Shown here: positions 55,334 to 64,000 of the stretch, piece after piece
How the letters are laid out: every line of letters starts with the position of its first letter
Numbering within the stretch: position 1 is the stretch's first letter
From: Chrysomallon squamiferum
Taxonomy: Eukaryota; Animalia; Mollusca
Length of the DNA stretch: 64,000 nucleotides
Direction of reading: 5' to 3'
NCBI GenBank assembly: GCA_012295275.1
Contig: CM022665.1
Coordinates: 21,142,001 to 21,206,000 of the forward strand
Notes under the pieces: generated by a model
Database searches by the model: none
Told to the model about the DNA's origin: nothing
Seen by the model: the letters and a program-made list of their open reading frames with translations, nothing else
Translations under genes and position numbers: made by a program

Positions 55334-56565
55334 TTGAATATTCAAAATTCCAGTTATTTCCCAGATAAATATAACATTCCAGTAAATATTTATATAAATT
55401 CATAAAAAGAAAACGACAATTAAATAAATATTTTTCTAAACTATTATTTTATTTCTCCATCTTTATACATACACATACATACATACGTACATACATACAT
55501 ACATATACACATACATACATACATATATATATATGAGAATATGCGTTTGTGAGAAAGAATTAATTAATTTGTATCAAATGTAATTAATTCAAGATAACAA
55601 AACGTATATTTATTTAAAATAATTATATCATTAAACTATGTCCATGTTTTTTTTTTTTTTTTTTTTTTTACGTGGTTGTGTTTACATGTGGTTTTCATGA
55701 GCTACTTTGTCACTTGATTTTGTCTGAGTTGGATGTAGTTATTTTGTTTCTTACTTAATATACATCTGATTAAATAAACAAATACGTGTCAACTTAAATT
55801 AACAAAATTAATAGCGGAACATTCTCCGAAAAAAAAAAAAATAAATAATAACCTGTGAATTGCAAAATTTATTTAAAATATTGTAAATATTTATATAATA
55901 ATTTTTCACACGCACGAATATAGTCACAACAAAAAGACTAACACAAACGCATACATTTGTATTATTTTTCTTCATTTATAAACTGAAAGAAGTAATATTT
56001 CTCTCTAAAATCTCAATTCTGTAAATTTTATAATTTATCTGCAAATATTGTGAATATATATATATATATATTTTATATATTCTTTAACAAGTAAGGTTTG
56101 AAATATATGACCAATGTCTGTTAAAGGTTCAGTAAGTCGTTACAGTGATAATTCTTCATTAATTCTTCAGTTTATAAGGAAATTCTAGCAATATGAAGCC
56201 GAATTCAGCTTATAAAATACGAAATGTGTCATTTAAATAAGAGAATGTTGCATAAAATAGAATTTAAAAAAATAAAACCCTATCTTAATATACTGTTAAT
56301 GGCGGAGATTTACCCAAAACGTTTCAAACGTTGACAAAAAAAGTTATGTGATAAACTTTACCACGTCAAACAGTCTGTGATTCCTCTTTCCTAGGCGACC
56401 TGCAAATTACATTCCACGTTGTCTGTTTTGTTGTGTAATATTTTATGAAGTATTTTGTAAATATTATCATTTGTAAATAGTCATCGTTTTTTTGTCTGTG
56501 ACTCGACAATCAGTGTAATTTATGTTTACGTTTCCACATTGAAAACGATACATTTTAAACATTGT

Positions 56566-56610
56566 AATAAATTATTGAAAAAATATATTTTTTCTTTGTT
56601 TTTTGTTGTC
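56566..56610 (+). terminator. Candidate polyadenylation signal of fj
   Basis: AATAAA at 56566-56571 followed about 20 nt later by a T/GT-rich tract (tttttttctttgttttttgttgtc). Other AATAAA hexamers occur earlier in this AT-rich region, so the choice is uncertain. Confidence 0.35.
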
Positions 56611-57365
56611 CTCATAGTATACCCTGGAGTGAATTAAAAGTAAATTATTTATTTATTTATTTACTGATATATTACTGCTTTTGTTGTAGTCGTTATTGTT
56701 GTTACTACTGTTGCTGTTGCTATTGCTGTCACTGTTGGTTGTGGTATATTTGTACTGTTTTTGTAATCACGTTGTTTACGATAGGTTTATAATTATTATT
56801 ATTCACGTTTGTAGCTATTGGTGCTGCTGTTGTTGTTGTTGTTAGTTGTGGTTGTCATTTTGTTCTGCATAATGCGGTTATATGTATATGTCATTGATGG
56901 TTGTGTAGACATTTGTGTTGTTCTTACTATTTTAAGCTGTATTGACAGACGTGCACAAAACCCAATACTAGACTTATGAATATTCATGACACAGTTCTAA
57001 ATCTGAGCCGGTGCTTGTGTCACGTGTTGACAGGCGTGTTCAGCTGTTGCATACAGCCGCTATTTGACCCATTTTGAAGCTATTCACAGGATTTTAATTA
57101 TAATTAAATACATGTATTTCCTTCTATCCGTTAGATACTCATTTCGCATCCAAGGACCGACAGCAGTTAACAGCTATCCCTCTCCCTCATTAAATATAAC
57201 ATAAATCTTCCGTGTTGTAAATTCCACCCTACCTCTGGACTGTATACAGAAGGTAGCATAGTTCCACAATACTGTTGTATTTAGTGTAGTTCAATGCTTT
57301 TAAATAAAATATAGTTGTACTAAACCTTAAAATGAAACTATATAATTATATCAAGTGGCAAATGT

Positions 57366-58403
57366 CCTAATGAAACTTAAAACATTGTATCAAACCTCCT
57401 AATGAAACGATACACATTGTTTCATACCTCCTAATAAAACTACGTTTATCATGTGTGAAACCTAATGAAATTGTTTTATAATATATGGCAAACCTTCTAA
57501 TAAAACTACATATATTATATGGCAAGCCTCCTAATGAAACTACATACATTATGTCCCAAACCTCCTAATGAAACTACATACATTATGTCCCAAACCTCCT
57601 AATGAAACTACATACATTATATGTCCCAAACCTCTTAATAAAACTACATACATTATGTCCCAAACCTCCTAATGAAACTACATATATTATATGTCCCAAA
57701 CCTCCTAATAAAACTACATACATTATGTCCCAAACCTCCTAATGAAACTACATATATTATATGTCCCAAACCTCCTAATAAAACTACATACATTATGTCC
57801 CAAACCTCCTAATGAAACTACATACATTATGTCCCAAACCTCCTAATGAAACTACATACATTATGTCCCAAACCTCCTAATGAAACTACATACATTATGT
57901 CCCAAACCTCCCATATATTATATGTCCCAAATAATAAAACTACATACATTATGTCCCAAACCTCCTAATGAAACTACATACATTATGTCCCAAACCTCCT
58001 AATGAAACTACATACATTATATGTCCCAAACCTCCTAATGAAACTACATACATTATATGTCCCAAACCTCCTAATGAAACTACATACATTATGTCCCAAA
58101 CCTCCTAATGAAACTACATACATTATGTCCCAAACCTCCTAATGAAACTACATACATTATATGTCCCAAACCTCCTAATGAAACTACATACATTATATGT
58201 CCCAAACCTCCTAATGAAACTACATATATTATATGGCAATCCTCCTAATGAAACTACATACATTATGTCCCAAACCTCCTAATGAAACTACATACATTAT
58301 ATGTCCCAAACCTCCTAATGAAACTACATACATTATATGTCCCAAACCTCCTAATGAAACTACATATATTATATGGCAAGCCTCCTAATGAAACTACATA
58401 CAT
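57366..58403. repeat. 34/36-bp minisatellite cctcctaatgaaactacatacattat(at)gtcccaaa
   Basis: About 25 near-identical head-to-tail units from 57527 to 58403, preceded by degenerate units from about 57366. There are no unique spacers. Confidence 0.95.
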
Positions 58404-59133
58404 GCGGCAGATCGTTCACTATAGACAGGTGGTATTTTTGGTGTCGCGCCTCCTCTGTATTATACAGCACGCGTCTTGCTCGCACTCTTTGACGTCTCGT
58501 TCTACATTCCATCATGTATCCGAGATAAATGCATCACAACAAACCATTTTAAGATAGTTTCTTTTTTTATTTTCTTATTTCTTCTTCTCCTGTCACTCCT
58601 CCACTCACCTCTACCAGCCACAATCTTTCATTCACGCATCTTTCCTGGCTATTGTGCGTCTGGGATACACGCAAAGTAACGATAGCGTTATTTCGCGGTC
58701 GAGTGGTCAGCAACTGTAACTATCTAAGTTTAATTAGGAAAGAGAAAGAAGACTCGCTGACCCGAATCATTAAACCCAGGCACAAAACATTCGTACGTCT
58801 GGCTTCGAACTGTTTGTAAACGCAGTGCTCTGTGAATTATCACCGTGGGGGAATACAGTGTATGAAGTGATTCTAACTAAATAAAAAGCAGAGTGTCTAG
58901 ATTTTTGTGTATCTTGCTATTATCTACACAATGTGTAGATGTTATTGCCTTTTCAATCTGTTGTTAGAGATGTAGAGATTAGCAGATTTTTAACAAACTT
59001 TCCCTCGTTGCCTGTTTGCGATGTTATCTGCCTCTGCAATATGAATTAATGTAGATGTTATCTGATTATAATCGTTTGTATATCCTCAGCTCCCTGTCTG
59101 TCTCATGTGGTCCAGCTCCATTCTGCAGTCTAT

Positions 59134-59320
59134 TGTATATCAGACCCTAGATCTTATCACGCAGCAGAAATCTACTGTATCAGATGTGGTTATTATGTTA
59201 TGTAGAAATCTACGTTATCACAGTTTTGATCTTATAAAACTGAACAAATCTACTGTATCAAGTTTCTGATTTTATCACGCGGCAGTAAACTATTATATCA
59301 GATACGAGATCTTATCAGAC
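59134..59320. repeat. Degenerate ~40-bp tandem repeat (gatcttatcacgcagcagaaatctactgtatca-like)
   Basis: gatcttat/gattttat and aaatctac..tatca elements alternate 4-5 times. Confidence 0.6.
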
Positions 59321-59353
59321 TTCATCTGTTATAAAAATCTCAGTTGTACGTCT

Positions 59354-59384
<31 letters not shown>

Positions 59385-60375
59385 GTTAATGTTTGTTTTT
59401 TCATCATGATAATTATTTCAAAGTTCCTCCGAATACGACGAGAGGGTGACTGTGTTGATGATGACCACGTGTTCACAGAGGAATGTTGTCGCAGTGGTTT
59501 ACTTCTGAAGTGTGTCTCATAAAAAGTAAGTAAAAGTGAGACATACATGACTGGATGTTACTGGTGTTACCTGGAATGTTGTTACTGTACATCCAAAGTT
59601 GTGATGTTTGCTTTATTATTGTTGTTGTTGTTGTTGTTACAAATATAATTATTATTTTTATCATTATCATGATTATTATTGTTATTGTTGTTGCTCATGT
59701 TGTTATTGTTTTTATATATATATGTATTATTTACATGTTTCTGTTTTTATTTTTTTATTTTATTTTTTATTTTGCTTTATTTTTCTTTAATTTTTAATGT
59801 TTTATTTTTTATTATTATTAATTTTTATTTCCTAACGTAATTTAATTTTATCTTATCTAACTTTCTCTAGTCATGTTTCATTTAATTTTATTTTACTTTA
59901 TTCTATCCCAGTTTTGTTTTTCTTTAATTTATTTCATATGATTCTTTGTCGCAATCTCTCGTATCATATTACCACATTAAAAACAAATTAAAAAAAAAAA
60001 AGTGTATAAAACTTGATACCATTAACATAATAAGATCACTGCACGCATTAACAAATCTACATAATTATTAAAATTATATGTGCATTTTTTATTGCATGCT
60101 ATTGATGACTCGGGTAATGGTGGGTGATCATTTCAAATTAGATACGTTATGCAAATTAGATTTCATGTCGTCTTTTTGACGTTGCAGGGTCATTCAGTGA
60201 ACACACAACATTACAACATAAAAAGTATAAGTGTTAGAGTTATTATACGGTTCGGTAAACTGACACAATATTGACAGCTAATATTATTATCATTTTCTTT
60301 CAGCCACTGTAAGAAATATTTTTAATATTATCTTCTTTCAGACGTTGTAATAAAATGTTTTTAATACTATGATCT

Positions 60376-60377
<2 letters not shown>

Positions 60378-60458
<81 letters not shown>
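60378..60458. repeat. (GA)n microsatellite
   Basis: Directly visible. Confidence 0.95.
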
Positions 60459-60459
<1 letters not shown>

Positions 60460-61247
60460 TTTTTAATGTTATCTTCTTTCAGATGTTGTATGAGAGGCAG
60501 ACTGATATATTCACACATACGTAGTCGACTTCCACACGTTTTCGTAAATCTCGAAGTTCAAATATCACGTGACCTGTAATTCGATTACTTTCTGATCTCG
60601 TGTTATTTCCTGTTGTTAACCCTTCTTCCGATCAGCCTCGTTCACTTCCAGCCTCCACGAACTGCACGGGCCATGTGATGTACAGATTTAAAAACAAAGT
60701 CATATCCAGTTGTATTTTCACACACAAGCGCCATATTGCTGCGGATTACAAAGAATATTGTATTGTAGATAAGAAAAATAAACTTTGTGAGACAAAATAT
60801 TTGTAAGAAACCTGGGTACGCCATCTGTCTGTTAACCAGAATAAAGGTCACGTGACGATGGATATCGGATATCCGTGCAGTTAGAGTGTCTTATTAACCC
60901 AGACACTATGTTAATAATTATTAACATATTGTACAATATTATACCACATATTTGTATCATATGAAACATGTTACCTGATAATCGATTGCCTCTAGGAACT
61001 AATACCAACGAGGGATTTTTTTGGTTTCATTCCTATGGTTAATAATAATAATTTTCTTCTATAAAATGCATATCAGTGATTTATTGATGTTGAATGCCTG
61101 GAAAATAAAAACTGACACAACTACCTGGTGCGTCGTTGTATAACTTATTTGAGACTACAACAAAACAAGTTCACTCACCATCTTTGTAAGCCTAAGAAAC
61201 TGTGTACAAACTTGAAGTTTCTTTTCTTTCTTTGTTTCTTTCTTTGT

Positions 61248-61270
61248 TTCTTCTTCTTCTTCTTCTTCTT

Positions 61271-61300
<30 letters not shown>
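61248..61300. repeat. (CTT)n microsatellite
   Basis: Directly visible. Confidence 0.95.
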
Positions 61301-61301
<1 letters not shown>

Positions 61302-62761
61302 ATATATATTTTTGATTTCATGATTAGAAACTAGAAATATGAAAAACTGCTTCTAGTAGATTCAACCAATCAATCTACGTGGATCTTATTTGTTCCATAC
61401 TTTATTACTAGCAAAGATTGTTTCAGTTAAATAAGTATTTGCGGGAGTACCAGATTTATTTAGGCTATTCTTAGCATCGCTACAAATAGACTTTAAATAG
61501 GAGTATACTCGTGCAAAAATGTTAGTGTTACTGTTACTTGTAGTGTTTTGTATTCGAGGCAAATCTTTTTCACGTCACAACAAAATTCTCATGGTATGTC
61601 ACGTGAGTCGTTCTGTGGGTCAGAGGGTACAGTGAACTATCGAATTAAAACTCAGTGACAGAGCGCTCGTCTAGGTTGCTGGATCAGTCCTCATCAGAGG
61701 AGTCTTCTTTGTTCTGTGTTATATTAAATACTTCTTCATGTATCTGTAGAAGAAAAAGAAAAGAAGAAAAAAGCAGCTTTGGCTGCCAATTTTGTTTTAG
61801 CCATATGAGAAGCTACAGAACCAATAAAAAGGGGTGAGGGGGGAAGAAATAGAAACAGTTATATCAAAATGGCTCCTTTACAATTTTCAGAATACCATTT
61901 TATTATTCATCCGACAAATAAATGAAAGAAAGAAAAATATATATAAGAGAAACTAACAAATGATCCTTAATTAAATGAATTGCGTGCTTTTCCATTAATC
62001 ATTTCAGAAAGTTCACAAGAATAAAAACAAATATAAAGTGAATAAATAAATAAAAATATACATCTCCGAGAAACATTTCTACGTCCATTATTAAATGTAG
62101 CAAGCCTAGAGTTAAAACACTTTCCCCGATTAAGCTAATATATCTGTGAAAAAAAAAAAAAAAAAAATGTTCATTAATATATCAAAGTTAAAAAGGCGCC
62201 TCCCTAGGGCCCATCTTTCTCAGTTTGTCTTTGCAAAAGGTACAGGCTGTAACAACATTAAGAACAGTAAAAGTCGTGTCATAAATCAAGATGGCGAATT
62301 CTCCAGCGTCAGCTAGCGAAGGCAAACACTCGTGATTGATGACGTTGTCGAGAAAGAGACAAATTCATCTACAGTCATTTGTTCATTGACAGCCCGTTCT
62401 TTTGAAACACGTCACAGTCATTGTGTACACGTCACGGCTAAACACTGAACAGACAGCCGAAGATTAATCGTGTCTCTTTGTCTCCGGACAATTAGGAACG
62501 TGGTAACACCGCAGTCAGCACAAATAGGATATTCTATAAAACAGATCAAAGCTTTTGTTTCTAATTTTTTTTGTTTTTTTTTTGTTAAACATATCTGCAC
62601 TTTTTTCTAGATTTTCTGTCTGGCACTTATACGGTGACTTCAGTAAACTGAAATTTAATAACAGAATTGTTTCTGAATTGTTCCACAGTAGTGAACTAAA
62701 GAGTCACTGGATCGAACCATCTCAGTTCCATCACTGAACTATTTGTAATTTTAGCTGGTTT

Positions 62762-62762
<1 letters not shown>

Positions 62763-62836
<74 letters not shown>
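62763..62836. repeat. (GA)n microsatellite
   Basis: Directly visible. Confidence 0.95.
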
Positions 62837-62838
<2 letters not shown>

Positions 62839-64000
62839 AATGCTGAAAGGTAAAAACATGCATACTTTTATTTGGCAATTTATTATTATTATATAAATCG
62901 GTTTATTCATTTTCAACCTTCTTTTATTTTTAATTTTTAATTTAAAAAAAAAAAAATTCTTAAATTTTTTTTTCTTAACATTTTTGTTTCAGTTATATGT
63001 TTTAAAAAGATCATATAGAAGGTTATTTTATTCCGCTGATATATAGAACACACGTACTTAGTACACTTGTTTTTTGTTTCCAGTTTTAAACTTATAAACA
63101 ATGTTTGACGCACAGACAATGTTAAGAATCTGGTGCAGAGTGTATTGGACCTGCAGTAACACAACCAACGAACTTATGTTATGGTTTCTGAAAAAATACC
63201 AGAGGTGAAGTGTATTTCCCAAGGGTGGTGCCCTGTACCTGGGTGACAGGGGGAGTAGGTCAGGTAAAGTTTACCTGACTTTTTCGACCTCGTGTTTTAC
63301 AAGACGGCAAATATTACACGATTCACATACGTCAGTTGAAAACAAATTGTCAGTTCTTGTCAGTATCTATGTACTAACTGTGAAGTAACTATGAAGAAGT
63401 TTTTTATTTTAATAATGATGACGATGACAACGATGATGATAAAATAATAATAATAATAATAAGAATAAGAAGAATAATAATAAGAAGAAGAAGAAGAAGA
63501 ATAAGAAGAAGAAGAAGAAGAACTCCCACGAAAGCAACAGAACCCTTTAAATTGTATATGGCTATTTAACCGTATCAAGACAGACAAACAAACTAAATAT
63601 ATAAATAAATAAATAAATGTCCCTAACTTAAAATCTTGGAAAAAAAAAAAAAAAAAAGAACTCCAAAAAACAAACAAAGAAAACAAAATAACAAACAAAC
63701 AATCAATTTATAATAATTAGTATTTTAAAGAAAAAAACCTAACCTACAAGAAACGCATGCCAAAAGAAAACCAAGGCGTCAGTTTAAGAAGATGAAAGAC
63801 TCAAAAGGTAGCCATAATAGAAAAAAAAAAAAGTAAAAGAAAATCGAAGAGAAAATTTTTTATCATTTAATTTCCAGGCTTTTAGTCAACTCAAAACAAA
63901 TTAGTTTTCTTTTCAACTCCCGTTTCCTCCATTTAAGTGAAAAATAAATACATGAATAAAAATAGAACGAGAGAAGGTAAACTTCTTTATCTATCACCTA

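Noticed and set aside
57527-58403. CRISPR array (repeat length 34-36 bp)
   Set aside because: Units are head-to-tail with no unique spacers, there are no cas genes and the context is eukaryotic; this is a minisatellite. The MKLHTLYVPNLL ORF is its translation.
51481-58510. TEAD/Scalloped CATTCC sites around fj as evidence of Hippo feedback
   Set aside because: The handful of hexamers seen is about what chance gives at this composition by rough estimate, and there are no tandem double sites.
63259-63279. Intrinsic terminator-like hairpin gtcaggtaaa-g-tttacctgac followed by Ts
   Set aside because: The context is eukaryotic, the loop is 1 nt and there is no upstream gene; it is treated as an incidental inverted repeat.

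Overview
AT-rich, microsatellite-saturated eukaryotic (animal) genomic DNA. The SSR spectrum and protein suggest an invertebrate, possibly a mollusc or other lophotrochozoan, but that is inference only. One protein-coding gene is well supported: an uninterrupted 528-aa ORF (52513-54099, +) encoding a four-jointed/FJX1-family Golgi kinase. It has a plausible GC-box/TATA/Inr promoter about 2 kb upstream and a long candidate 3' UTR. The preceding ~50 kb has no recognisable coding exons and consists of short unique CpG-containing islands separated by SSRs and minisatellites. Other features are a 251-bp MITE with 30-bp TIRs inserted in an 18-bp minisatellite, two minisatellites with higher-order repeat structure, degenerate tRNA-like/SINE heads, CTCF-like sites, nine TCACGTGA palindromes and a recursive-splice-site-like motif on the minus strand. 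Almost all other ORFs in the track are translations of simple repeats. I found no CRISPR array, intact RNA gene or autonomous transposon, and no convincing evidence of a novel multi-gene system; the findings are leads, not discoveries.
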